The notes beneath the pieces are model-generated. The model did no database searches, had not been told where the DNA came from, and saw only the letters and a list, made by a program, of their open reading frames with translations. Position numbers and translations under genes: made by a program. From assembly GCF_001832885.1 (NCBI RefSeq), contig NZ_MKIQ01000001.1, positions 37,017 through 101,016 on the forward strand: a DNA stretch of 64,000 nucleotides. Reading direction: 5' to 3'. Source of the DNA: Floricoccus penangensis (GTDB lineage Bacteria; Bacillota; Bacilli; Lactobacillales; Streptococcaceae). The stretch's first letter is position 1; each line of letters starts with the position of its first letter. Positions 21,475 through 31,297 of the stretch are shown piece after piece.

Positions 21475-22151
21475 CTAATTTATTTCTTCAATAAGCAATT
21501 TAGCTACCGCCCGTGGAGAAAATGGATTTTGACCAGTAATCAATCTTTGGTCAGATACTGCAAATTCCTTATAGGCTCTTTTTTTCTGGAAATTGGCACC
21601 ATGTTCAGTTGCAACCTCCTCATTTAAAAATGGTACGATTGATTTTTTGCCGGCTAAAACTTCTTCAGAGGTTGTAAAGCCAGTAATTTTTTTGCCTTTA
21701 ATAAGATATTCATCATTTTCATCTTTAATATTTAGAAGACCAGCAATTCCATGACAGACCGAAGTTATATAGCCACCATCATTGTAAATTGATAAGGCAA
21801 TCTCTTGTAATTCATGGTTATTTGGAAAATCCCACATCACACCATGACCACCAGTATAGTAGATGACAAAATAATCAGAGGGATTAATATCAGAAGGCTT
21901 AAGGGAGTTACTTAGTGCTTTCTTTTGAAAATCAGGTCTTTCATAAAATGAGAGAATAGATTCATCAACATACTTCATGCTTCGAGGATCTAAAGGTACA
22001 AATCCCCCTTTTGGACTAACATAGTCTACTTCAATTCCTTTATGTTCTAATTCTTCAATGAATTCGGTAGCTTCACCCAACCATAAACCAGTGGGTTCAG
22101 AGTTTCTCCGTAACGAGTTTCATTTGTTAGGACAACCAAGGCTTTTTTCAT
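21475..22151 (-). pseudogene. DJ-1/PfpI (class I glutamine amidotransferase-like) gene with a -1 frameshift near 22088..22100
   Basis: ATG at 22151 (RBS AGAGGG) encodes MKKALVVLTNETRYGETLNP, then runs into a stop. The -1 frame continues ...EPTGLWLGEATEFIEELEHKG... to 21475 with the catalytic CHGIAG. The junction is consistent with one missing A in cccAct. Confidence 0.65.
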
Positions 22152-22483
22152 TTTTTATCCCTCTTTCTAATAACTTCTTTTATATCATTGATAAACATTT
22201 CCATCTTATCAATCTCAACAAGATCGTGAGAAAGAAAATAGTAATTTTTAGTACCAACACGAGAGTAATCAACAACATGTGCATCTTTTAAAATCTTTAA
22301 ATGATGCGAGATAGCAGGACGCGATAGTTGAGTAACCTCAGTTAGATCATTTACACGTAAACCCTCACATGCCTTATCTTCCAAAAGTGCTAGAATAATA
22401 GCCTGTCTTTTTTCATGCCCTACTGCTACTAGGAATTTCCTTAGTCCGTCAAAATCCTTTTTAAGTTTTTTTAAGTCTTGCAT
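22148..22483 (-). CDS. ArsR/SmtB-family transcriptional regulator, 111 aa
   Basis: HTH (LTEVTQLSRPAISHHLKILKDAHVV). Stop overlaps the DJ-1 start (ATGA). Confidence 0.75.
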   Translation of the reverse strand: MQDLKKLKKDFDGLRKFLVAVGHEKRQAIILALLEDKACEGLRVNDLTEVTQLSRPAISHHLKILKDAHVVDYSRVGTKNYYFLSHDLVEIDKMEMFINDIKEVIRKRDKK

Positions 22484-22622
22484 AATTACCTCTTAATTTA
22501 ATTGGTTGATATTTTTAAACCATTTAATCATATACTAACTTAACTGTCAATTTATAAGATTTTGGAAATATAGATAATCTTTCATATGCTATAATTGATA
22601 GTGCGAAAGGTGGTGAATTCAG

Positions 22623-23555
22623 ATGGAAGTTAATAAAATCTTGTCAGAAATTCCTTCAAGTGAAGGTTGGAAGGTAATTGAAGAGATAAAATATGGTTGG
22701 TCAGAAGATAGAAAATTCTATGTTGAAACCGAAGATGGGAAAAAGTTGTTAGCTAGGTTAATACCAATTAGTTATCAAGAAATTTATAATGATACGAAAA
22801 TTCAATACGAATTTATCAAAGAATGTAATAAACTTGATGTCAAAGCGTGTAAAGCTATTGATTTTGGAAAAGTTAACAATAAACCATATCTTTATATGAT
22901 ACTATCATATGTTGAAGGCGAGCCATTAGAGAATATGCTGAGAAATTTATCAAATGAAGAACAGTATGATTGTGGTAGTCAAGCAGGTAGAAGTTTACGA
23001 AAAATCCATGATTTAGATTATGGAGAGCAATTTGATGGTAAGGCAAAATTACAGAGATATTTTGATAGAAAAAAGATGCAACTGGAAAACTATACTAAGT
23101 CTGAATTACGCCTTGAAGACGATGAGGGAATCATAGAATTTGTATCTAAAACCTTACCTGATGTAATTTGTAGACCAACTACTTTTTTACATGGAGATTA
23201 TCATCTAGGTAATCTTATATATACACCAAATGGAGAAGTTGGAGTGATTGATTTTAATGCCTCCGAATTAGGCGATAGATATGAAGATTTTTACAGGTTA
23301 GAGATCTTATTTGGGAGCAAATTTTTTATTAGAGGGTTGATAGACGCTTATTTTGAAATAGAAAAAGAAATACCAGACGAATTTTGGAAAATGTTTAAAT
23401 TCTATAATTTACATGCTGCTTTGTGTGCAATATTATGGGCTAATAATTATTCCAGTGAAGAAGCTGAGAAGATGTCTAAGCGTTCAATACGAACATTAGA
23501 ACACTATGAATACGGCAAATTATTAATTCCATCATGGTATGAAAGGAAAGAGTAG
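22623..23555 (+). CDS. APH/choline-kinase-family phosphotransferase, 310 aa
   Basis: Brenner motif HGDYHLGNLIY and the DFN metal-binding loop (VIDFNASELGDRYEDF). Confidence 0.7.
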   Translation: MEVNKILSEIPSSEGWKVIEEIKYGWSEDRKFYVETEDGKKLLARLIPISYQEIYNDTKIQYEFIKECNKLDVKACKAIDFGKVNNKPYLYMILSYVEGEPLENMLRNLSNEEQYDCGSQAGRSLRKIHDLDYGEQFDGKAKLQRYFDRKKMQLENYTKSELRLEDDEGIIEFVSKTLPDVICRPTTFLHGDYHLGNLIYTPNGEVGVIDFNASELGDRYEDFYRLEILFGSKFFIRGLIDAYFEIEKEIPDEFWKMFKFYNLHAALCAILWANNYSSEEAEKMSKRSIRTLEHYEYGKLLIPSWYERKE

Positions 23556-24437
23556 ATGCAAAAAATAGCAATACTTTCTGATGTTCATGGAAATGTGACT
23601 GCTTTACAAGAAGTTGTCAATGATGTAAAGAAAGAAAAGTGCACTGAAACATGGTACATAGGAGATTTGATGAGGCCAGGTCCTGGTGTCAATGATTTAA
23701 TTGAACTTCTTAAGTCAATAAATATGACTACTTTTGTTCGTGGTAATTGGGATGATGTGGTCCTTGATTCACTAAAAGGAATATCTCAAGGAAAGAAAAT
23801 TTCTCCCGATAATCCTGAGATTGTATATGTGACTATCTTAAACAAATATGTTTTAGAAAATATCAGTCCTGAGAACTTAAAGCTTCTGGAAGATACCAAA
23901 TTAAGAGAGGTTAAAGAAATTGAGGGTTTGAAGATTTCTTTGACACATAATTTACCACATGATGCATATGGAGGGGATCTTTGGATTACAAATCCAACTG
24001 AAAATTTTGATAAGCTATTTACAAATGAGGAAGGTCAAATTGATGAGGATATTGATATTGCAGTGATTGGTCATACCCATCGTCAACTTATGAGATATTC
24101 TTCAAAGGAACAATTGATAATAAATCCTGGGTCTGTTGGAATGCCTTTTTCTAAGAGGGAGAGGTTTCAGGAGAATTTAGATGCTCATTATACAATTTTA
24201 GAGATTGAAAACGGTAAAATTTGTGGTGTAAATTTTAAGAGGGTTCCTTATGACCATAATGTTGAACTTAAACTGGCAAAGGAGAGAAATCTGCCTTATA
24301 ATGAGTTGTATAAATTACAGATGGAGACTGGTGAGCCTCATATTCACGATGTTGATATGCTAATTGATGTCAATGAAAAATATGGATATAGGGAGCAAGT
24401 CATGGATTTTCTGGATGATTTGGATTTAGATGATTGA
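23556..24437 (+). CDS. Calcineurin-like metallophosphoesterase, 293 aa
   Basis: ILSDVHGN, GDL, GNWD and GHTH motifs. Confidence 0.7.
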   Translation: MQKIAILSDVHGNVTALQEVVNDVKKEKCTETWYIGDLMRPGPGVNDLIELLKSINMTTFVRGNWDDVVLDSLKGISQGKKISPDNPEIVYVTILNKYVLENISPENLKLLEDTKLREVKEIEGLKISLTHNLPHDAYGGDLWITNPTENFDKLFTNEEGQIDEDIDIAVIGHTHRQLMRYSSKEQLIINPGSVGMPFSKRERFQENLDAHYTILEIENGKICGVNFKRVPYDHNVELKLAKERNLPYNELYKLQMETGEPHIHDVDMLIDVNEKYGYREQVMDFLDDLDLDD

Positions 24438-24447
24438 GGTAGAATGT

Positions 24448-25266
24448 ATGAAACATAAGATAGCGATTATTTCTGATGTTCACGGTAATGTAACTGCTTT
24501 ACAAGAAGTTGTCAAGGACGTAAAGAAAGAATGTTGTACAGAAGCTTGGTACATGGGTGATTTGATAATGCCTGGCTCTGGTACAGATGATTTACTTAGT
24601 TTGTTAAAGGAAATAAATACGACAACTTACGTTTTAGGTAATTGGGATTCTTATTTATTTGAGGGTAATGAACCTGATAGACATGAGGATCCTCAGTATG
24701 TATATTTTTCGACATTAATTGATTATGTAAAACAAAATATGGGTACTGAAGGCATTGATTTTATCAAGTCATGGCCTATGCAAGTCATTAAACATGTGGG
24801 CCCATTGACTATTTCTCTTAGTCATAATCTACCAGATAAAAATTATGGCCATGATTTGAGACCAATGAATAACACTGAAAACTTTGAAGAGTTATTTGCA
24901 GCAGATGATTCAATTGATATAGCAATTGTTGGTCATACACATAGACAGTTTATGCGCCCTACTACGGGAGGTCAGATAGTTTTAAATCCAGGTGCAGTCG
25001 GGCAACCATTTTCGGATCGAGCAAAATTGTTTTCTGATTTAAGATCTAGGTATTTAATTCTTGAAATTGATGAAACAGGTCTTGCTGATGTTGATTTCAG
25101 ACGTGTGCATTATGATCGACATGCTGAATTTGAACTTGCTAAAATACGTAAGTTACCTTATATTGAATTGTATGAAAAGCAAATGGATACAGGGGTTACT
25201 TATACCCATGACCGCGATGTATTAAAAGGTCTTAATGACAAGCATGGTTATAATTCATTTGAATAA
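24448..25266 (+). CDS. Calcineurin-like metallophosphoesterase paralog, 272 aa (tandem duplicate)
   Basis: MKHKIAIISDVHGNVTALQEVVKDVKKECCTEAWYMGDL matches MQKIAILSDVHGNVTALQEVVNDVKKEKCTETWYIGDL of the upstream gene. RBS GAGGT. Confidence 0.7.
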   Translation: MKHKIAIISDVHGNVTALQEVVKDVKKECCTEAWYMGDLIMPGSGTDDLLSLLKEINTTTYVLGNWDSYLFEGNEPDRHEDPQYVYFSTLIDYVKQNMGTEGIDFIKSWPMQVIKHVGPLTISLSHNLPDKNYGHDLRPMNNTENFEELFAADDSIDIAIVGHTHRQFMRPTTGGQIVLNPGAVGQPFSDRAKLFSDLRSRYLILEIDETGLADVDFRRVHYDRHAEFELAKIRKLPYIELYEKQMDTGVTYTHDRDVLKGLNDKHGYNSFE

Positions 25267-25295
25267 AAAATTATTAATTTAGGAGATGAAAAGAA

Positions 25296-25484
25296 ATGAA
25301 TAAGGAAGAGTTACAGGCAAGAATTCGCAAGGAATTAAATATGCCATATTTTAAGGCACAAGTTGCTGATGATATTGATTTTACAGAAGATGAGTATCAA
25401 GAATTTAAAAATAATTTAGTTTCTTATTATAAGGACTATGTTCAAGATATTGATATTGATTTTCAAGGTGGACTTGATAAGTAG
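25296..25484 (+). CDS. Small acidic hypothetical protein, 62 aa
   Basis: ORF with RBS AGGAGATG; no recognisable domain. Confidence 0.35.
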   Translation: MNKEELQARIRKELNMPYFKAQVADDIDFTEDEYQEFKNNLVSYYKDYVQDIDIDFQGGLDK

Positions 25485-25704
25485 GATGATATATTTGTAC
25501 TAAAAAAGTTGGAATTTGTGTCTACAGATTTCGATTTTTTTTATAAAAATTTTAAAATTTCATATTGTATTGATTTAATTTACATAGTAAAATGTGTTTA
25601 ACGAACTATATAATAGCAAATAGGAAAATCGTTCGTATTTTATTTATTTAGCAAGAGAAGCATAGGCAATTGACTTCTCATCTGAAATATTAAGGAGTTT
25701 TTTT

Positions 25705-27654
25705 ATGAAAAAATGGTTTATAGCCATTTTATTGTTGTTTTCTATTACTCTCCCACTTAATGTTAATGCAGGTGCGGATCAACTCAAGGATCAGGAGCTA
25801 ATTAACTCAGCTCCATACATTAAACCTTTAAAAGAAAATGGTAAGAAAATATTATTTGATAATACACATGCTCAGACAGCTGGAGCTGCTGATTGGGTCA
25901 TTGATGGAGGATTTTCTGATTTTGCTGATGGTCTTGTGAAAGAAGGTTATTACGTAAAGGAACTTCGAAAGTTTACTCCTATAACCCTTCAAGACTTAGA
26001 AGACTATGATGTATTTGTAATACCTGAAGCTAATATCCCATATAAAGCAGAAGAGCAAAATGCAATAGCTGCCTATGTTTCAGGTGGAGGTTCTGTATTT
26101 TATATAGGTGATCACTATAATGCCGATCGAAATAAGAATAGGATTGATGCACCAGAAGCATTTAATGGTTTTCGCAGAGGTGCATACACAGATATGACAC
26201 TTGGTATGGATGATGGAGAGCGTAATTCCCAGGCCATGCAAGGAGTAGTTAGTAGAGATTGGTTAAATGATACATTTGGTGTTCGTTTTAGATATAATGC
26301 GCTTGATAATATTGATGCCCCAATGATTATGGAAAATACATTTGGCATTTTAGACAATGTAAGTGATGTTGCTTTGCATGCTGGTGGAACAATTGCAATA
26401 ATGGATAATAAACGTGCCAAAGGAATTGTTTACCCTCCAGAAGGACTCACAAAAGAAACTAACCGTTGGCCTAACGCTACTGATGATGGAGTGTATAATG
26501 GTGGTGGAGTTGCGGAAGGTGCTTATATTGCCATCAGTAAAAAAGATAAAGGAAAGGCAGCCTTCCTTGGAGATTCTTCACTAGTTGAAGATGCTAGTCC
26601 TAAATATAGAAATGAAGAAACTGGAAACTTGAAGAGGACATACGATGGTTACAGCGAAAAAGATGATTCTCGTCTCTTGATGCAACTTATTAATTGGCTA
26701 GCTATTCAAGAAGATTATTCAGATTTTAGTAATAAAGGAATAAATTTATCAGAAAAAACTAGTTTACATGATTTTGAGATTCCAGAAAATAGTACAGAGC
26801 CACAAGCAGAGCCTTGGGGGAAACCACAAAAGGGTTATAAATGGTATGACCGTTCTACTTTTGCAGCAGGAAGTTATGGATCAAATATTGATCCAGATAA
26901 GTTACCTAAAGTAGAGATTATTTATGATAACTTGCCTGTTGTGGGTGAAGAGGTAAAACTAAAAGTTATTTTTACTAACTACAAAGCAAATACAGTTTTG
27001 AAGGACTATACTTTAGGTATTTACAATCCAACCGAAGGACAGAATGGTCTTAAACAAGGTGAGCAAGTTGCTGATACAAAAGTAGGAGAAGGTGAGTGGA
27101 AAAATAATAAATCTTATTCAAATACTTTTGATATCCAGACGGATAAGTACGGAAATGCTGAACAAGAAATCACCGTCAAAGTAGATATTGAAGGAAATTA
27201 CAATATTAGATTGAAACAAGGCAAAAATAATGTTATAACTGATACTATAGTGTTCGCTACTCAGAATGATGTCGAAAAACCACAACCTAATATTGATGTT
27301 GAATATTCAAATAGGATTGCAGTAGGTAAGGAAAGTAAGGTTTCAATAAAGTTTACCGATTTTAGTCCTAATACTGATCTAAGAGACTATGTTTTAGATG
27401 TATATAGTCCAGTCTCTTATTTGGGAAATGAAGCAGGAAGTGGTTATGCTTTTGTTAAATCAAGTGATGGTAAATGGAGCAACAAACGTGATTCATCTGA
27501 ATCATTTGATGTTTTGACAGATAAAGATGGTAATGCCTCTATAGAGTTAACTATTCGTACAACTGACGCAGGTGACTTTATTCTTCGTTTGCGAAAGAAC
27601 AATGAAGAGCAATTTAGTAGTAAGATTCAATCTTTATGGTATTTACCAAGTTAA
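25705..27654 (+). CDS. Secreted protein, 649 aa, with an N-terminal ~340-aa domain and two C-terminal ~125-aa tandem repeat (beta-sandwich-like) domains
   Basis: Signal peptide MKKWFIAILLLFSITLPLNVNA. Internal repeats (KVIFTNYKANTVLKDYTLGIYNP...ITVKVDIEGNYNIRLKQ versus KVSIKFTDFSPNTDLRDYVLDVYSP...ELTIRTTDAGDFILRLRK). Confidence 0.55.
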   Translation: MKKWFIAILLLFSITLPLNVNAGADQLKDQELINSAPYIKPLKENGKKILFDNTHAQTAGAADWVIDGGFSDFADGLVKEGYYVKELRKFTPITLQDLEDYDVFVIPEANIPYKAEEQNAIAAYVSGGGSVFYIGDHYNADRNKNRIDAPEAFNGFRRGAYTDMTLGMDDGERNSQAMQGVVSRDWLNDTFGVRFRYNALDNIDAPMIMENTFGILDNVSDVALHAGGTIAIMDNKRAKGIVYPPEGLTKETNRWPNATDDGVYNGGGVAEGAYIAISKKDKGKAAFLGDSSLVEDASPKYRNEETGNLKRTYDGYSEKDDSRLLMQLINWLAIQEDYSDFSNKGINLSEKTSLHDFEIPENSTEPQAEPWGKPQKGYKWYDRSTFAAGSYGSNIDPDKLPKVEIIYDNLPVVGEEVKLKVIFTNYKANTVLKDYTLGIYNPTEGQNGLKQGEQVADTKVGEGEWKNNKSYSNTFDIQTDKYGNAEQEITVKVDIEGNYNIRLKQGKNNVITDTIVFATQNDVEKPQPNIDVEYSNRIAVGKESKVSIKFTDFSPNTDLRDYVLDVYSPVSYLGNEAGSGYAFVKSSDGKWSNKRDSSESFDVLTDKDGNASIELTIRTTDAGDFILRLRKNNEEQFSSKIQSLWYLPS

Positions 27655-27705
27655 TTAAGATAAATAAATTTTATTTATAAAAAAATATAGGAGAATTTTT
27701 TAAAA

Positions 27706-28761
27706 ATGAAAGCAAAAAAATTATTTGCAACTAGTATGGTAGCTGTTGCTACGGCTGCACTTTTGGTTGGTTGTGGTTCTAAGGAATCAAAAACTAAAGA
27801 ATCTGATTCAGGTTCTAAAGCTCTTGATGAGTTAAACGTGATGTTTGTACCATCTAAGAATCCTGATGATATTAAAACTGCGACAGAACCTTTGAGCAAC
27901 TTATTAAAAGAAGAGTTGAAAAAAGAAGGTGTTGAAGTTAAGGATGTTAAAATCTCTGTTGGTACTGACTTCCAAGCAGTAGGTGAAGCTTTAAGTTCAG
28001 GAACTGCTGATGTGGGCTACGGAGTGCCAGGTGGAACTTATGCAGTATACAAAGATGAAACTGATGTTATCTTGACTGCTACACGTAAAGCTTTAAACAA
28101 AGATAGTGAAAAAGCTAAGGACTGGAATGATGGAAAACCAACTGTAGCAACTGATGAAGAAGCTAAATCATACCGCTCGCTTTTAATTGCTGGTCCTTCT
28201 GCAAAAGGTCAAGAACTTGCAAAAAAAGTTAATGCTGGTGAAGAACTTACATGGGATGATCTAAACGGAGCTAACTGGGGACTTGCATCACCTACCTCAT
28301 CTGCTGGATATATTTATCCTTCTCTATGGTTGAATGATAATGTAAAACATAATATTACTGAACTTAAATCAACAGTTCAAAATGATTCATATGGTTCAGG
28401 TTTTGCTCGTTTAGCTTCTGGTCAAATTGATGTTATGCCTGTTTATGCTGATGCACGTCGTGACTTTGAAAAAGCATGGTCTTCTGAATATGGTAAGAAA
28501 GATATTTGGACTGAAACTAATGTAATTGGTGTTACTGTTCCTATTTACAATGATGCTATATTAGTTTCTAAAAAATCTGATAAGATGGATGATAAAGTCA
28601 AAGGAGCATTGCAAAATGCTTTGATCAATATGGCAAAAACTGAAGAAGGTAAAAAAGTTATTGCTGTATATTCTCATACTGGATATGTAAAGGCTACTGA
28701 TTCTGACTATGATACAGAAGTTAAAGCTCAAGAGCTTATGAAATCACAAAATAAAAAATAA
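27706..28761 (+). CDS. phnD: Phosphonate/phosphite ABC transporter substrate-binding lipoprotein, 351 aa
   Basis: Lipobox LLVGCGS, PhnD-like SBP fold, and operon with phnC/phnE. Confidence 0.8.
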   Translation: MKAKKLFATSMVAVATAALLVGCGSKESKTKESDSGSKALDELNVMFVPSKNPDDIKTATEPLSNLLKEELKKEGVEVKDVKISVGTDFQAVGEALSSGTADVGYGVPGGTYAVYKDETDVILTATRKALNKDSEKAKDWNDGKPTVATDEEAKSYRSLLIAGPSAKGQELAKKVNAGEELTWDDLNGANWGLASPTSSAGYIYPSLWLNDNVKHNITELKSTVQNDSYGSGFARLASGQIDVMPVYADARRDFEKAWSSEYGKKDIWTETNVIGVTVPIYNDAILVSKKSDKMDDKVKGALQNALINMAKTEEGKKVIAVYSHTGYVKATDSDYDTEVKAQELMKSQNKK

Positions 28762-28775
28762 GAGAATTTAAAGCC

Positions 28776-28812
28776 GAATATAGACTGAGCATTCGCTCAG
28801 TCTATATTTTGC
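28776..28812 (+). terminator. Intra-operon hairpin ATATAGACTGAGCattcGCTCAGTCTATATTTTG (attenuating terminator between phnD and phnC)
   Basis: 13-bp perfect stem followed by a T-rich tract. Confidence 0.55.
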
Positions 28813-28833
28813 CTATTAATAAGGAGTACATTT

Positions 28834-29595
28834 ATGATTAAAATGGAACATGTTTCCAAAGTTTATCCAAATGGAACTGTTGGTTTGGATGATATAAATT
28901 TAGAAATTGAACAAGGTGAGTTTGTAGCTATTATCGGTACAAGTGGGGCCGGTAAATCTACTTTGATTCGTACTATTAATCGATTGACTGATATTACAGA
29001 TGGTAATTTAACAGTAAATGGAACCGATGTTGCAAAATTAAAACGTAATGATTTACGTAAGTTTCGTCAATCTATCGGTATGATTTTTCAATCGTATAAT
29101 TTAGTTCCACGTATTTCAGTTATTAAGAATGTTTTAAATTCTCGTGTTTCTCAAATGAATTTTTTATCTGTATTATTCTCTCGATTTTCAAAAGAAGATA
29201 AACAAATGGCTTTGGAGTCTCTTAACCGTGTGGGAATTTTAGATAAGGCGTACGTTCGTACAGATGAACTATCTGGAGGACAGCAACAGCGTGTATCTTT
29301 AGCAAGAACACTAGCTCAAGATCCTCAAATCTTACTTGCAGATGAACCAGTAGCAGCACTTGATCCAGTAACAGCAAATGAAGTTATGGATAACTTTAAG
29401 AAAATTAATAAAGAGTTGAATAAGACTGTATTGATTAACATTCACCATGTCGATTTGGCACTTAAATATGCTGATAGAATTATTGCTATTAAAAAAGGAA
29501 AAATAGTTTTTGATGGACCAAGTAGTGAAGTAACGCAAGAGATCTTGGATGAAATTTATCAAAAAGAGGATGGCGTAAAAAATGACAAAGTATAA
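28834..29595 (+). CDS. phnC: Phosphonate ABC transporter ATP-binding protein, 253 aa
   Basis: Walker A GTSGAGKST, LSGGQQQR and Walker B LLADEP. Confidence 0.85.
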   Translation: MIKMEHVSKVYPNGTVGLDDINLEIEQGEFVAIIGTSGAGKSTLIRTINRLTDITDGNLTVNGTDVAKLKRNDLRKFRQSIGMIFQSYNLVPRISVIKNVLNSRVSQMNFLSVLFSRFSKEDKQMALESLNRVGILDKAYVRTDELSGGQQQRVSLARTLAQDPQILLADEPVAALDPVTANEVMDNFKKINKELNKTVLINIHHVDLALKYADRIIAIKKGKIVFDGPSSEVTQEILDEIYQKEDGVKNDKV

Positions 29596-30403
29596 GAGAA
29601 TAGCTCAATCAAAAGAATGGGTACTTGAAGATGGGTCAGTAGTTAAAGAAAAAAAATCCCATACATTCATCTATGCACTATTTGTCTTAGCTATAGTTAT
29701 TTTTTCACTTTATATTGTGCAGTTTGATTTTGAAAAAGTATTCAAAAATTTCCATAATTTTTGGTCTATGCTTGGATCAATGTTTCCACCGAATTGGGAA
29801 TACTTAGGAGCAATAAAAAAACCTTTACTAGATACCATTAAAATGAGTATAGTAGGTTCATTTTTAGGTAGTATTCTTGCTGTTCCATTTGCATTTCTTG
29901 CTGCTAATAATATTGTAAAGAATAAACTGATTAATGGAGTAATTCGTTTTATATTTACAGTTCTACGTACATTACCCACACTTGTTACAGCTTTGATTGC
30001 TACTTATATATGGGGACTTGGAACTTTTGCTGGTACAATAGCTATCTTTATATTTTCTTTTTCATACATCGGAAAACAACTTTTTGAACAAATTGAAACT
30101 GTAGATATGGGACCTTTTGAGGCTATGGAAGCTTTGGGAGCTAGTAAATCAAAAGCTGTCGTGGCAACAATCTTTCCTCAACTTATGCCTATGTATATTT
30201 CAACTACTCTCTTTAATTTCGAAGGAAATGTTCGTTATGCAGCTATCTTAGGTTATGTAGGTGCAGGAGGAATTGGTATAATCTTGAATGAGAATATTGG
30301 TTTACGCTACTACACAAATGTTGGAATGATTTTAATTGTATTATTTATAGCAGTGACTATTATTGAGCAATTTAGTCAATTTGTTCGAACTAAATTATCA
30401 TAG
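29582..30403 (+). CDS. phnE: Phosphonate ABC transporter permease, 273 aa
   Basis: PhnE-type permease with EAA-like loop (FEAMEALGASKSKA). Confidence 0.8.
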   Translation: MTKYKRIAQSKEWVLEDGSVVKEKKSHTFIYALFVLAIVIFSLYIVQFDFEKVFKNFHNFWSMLGSMFPPNWEYLGAIKKPLLDTIKMSIVGSFLGSILAVPFAFLAANNIVKNKLINGVIRFIFTVLRTLPTLVTALIATYIWGLGTFAGTIAIFIFSFSYIGKQLFEQIETVDMGPFEAMEALGASKSKAVVATIFPQLMPMYISTTLFNFEGNVRYAAILGYVGAGGIGIILNENIGLRYYTNVGMILIVLFIAVTIIEQFSQFVRTKLS

Positions 30404-30421
30404 ACAATTGAAGGAGAGAAA

Positions 30422-31249
30422 ATGCAAGTAGAAAATAAAAATAATTCAATTGTCGAGATGTTAGAAAAAGAAAAAAGTAATAAAGGATACTACATGATGA
30501 TTGCTGTAGCTATTTTGGGATTACTAATCTGGTCAATGTCTGTAATTGAAGTGAAACCCCTTTCGAAAGATGGAATGGTTATTGCTAAGAATATATTTAA
30601 AGGAATTTTTCATCCTGATACTTCGTTCCTTTTCAATTTTACTAAACAAGGAGTACCATTTTTACTATTAGAAACAATTGCTATAGCGGTATTAGGTACA
30701 CTATTCGGTGCAATATTAGCTCTTCCATTAGCTTTTTTATCAGCAACTAATATTGTACCAAAACCAGTTGCATTTATAATGAATTTTATTAATATGGCAA
30801 TTCGAACTGTGCCACCTTTTGTATATGGTTTAATGTTTATACGTGTTACAGGACCTGGAGCTTCAGCAGGAGTATTAACACTAGCAGTTGCTTCAATAGG
30901 GATGATTGCTAAGATGTTCACCGAAACAATTGAAAATTTAGATCAAGGTATTATTGAATCAATGGAGGCATCAGGAGCTAGTTTATTCCAAAAAATTCGT
31001 TTTGGTATAATTCCACAATTGAAGCCTGATTTCTTGTCACTATTACTATATCGTTTTGACATGAATTTGAGAGATGCTACTATTTTAGGTTTAGTAGGTG
31101 CAGGAGGAATCGGAGCACCATTAATTTTTGCAATGAATGCTTATCGTTGGAATCAAGTTGGTTCAATATTAATTGGATTATTCCTACTGATATTTGTAGT
31201 TGAAGCAGCTTCATCACGAATTCGTCGATTTTTAATACAAGGAAAATAA
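30422..31249 (+). CDS. phnE: Phosphonate ABC transporter permease 2, 275 aa
   Basis: Paralogous PhnE permease (IESMEASGAS). Confidence 0.8.
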   Translation: MQVENKNNSIVEMLEKEKSNKGYYMMIAVAILGLLIWSMSVIEVKPLSKDGMVIAKNIFKGIFHPDTSFLFNFTKQGVPFLLLETIAIAVLGTLFGAILALPLAFLSATNIVPKPVAFIMNFINMAIRTVPPFVYGLMFIRVTGPGASAGVLTLAVASIGMIAKMFTETIENLDQGIIESMEASGASLFQKIRFGIIPQLKPDFLSLLLYRFDMNLRDATILGLVGAGGIGAPLIFAMNAYRWNQVGSILIGLFLLIFVVEAASSRIRRFLIQGK

Positions 31250-31265
31250 TTTTAAATAAATATAA

Positions 31266-31297
31266 CTCGTAGTTTGATTGGACTACGAGTTTTATTA
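31266..31297. terminator. Bidirectional terminator AACTCGTAGTttgattggACTACGAGTTttatt
   Basis: Perfect 10-bp stem between convergent phnE and the flotillin gene. Confidence 0.7.
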
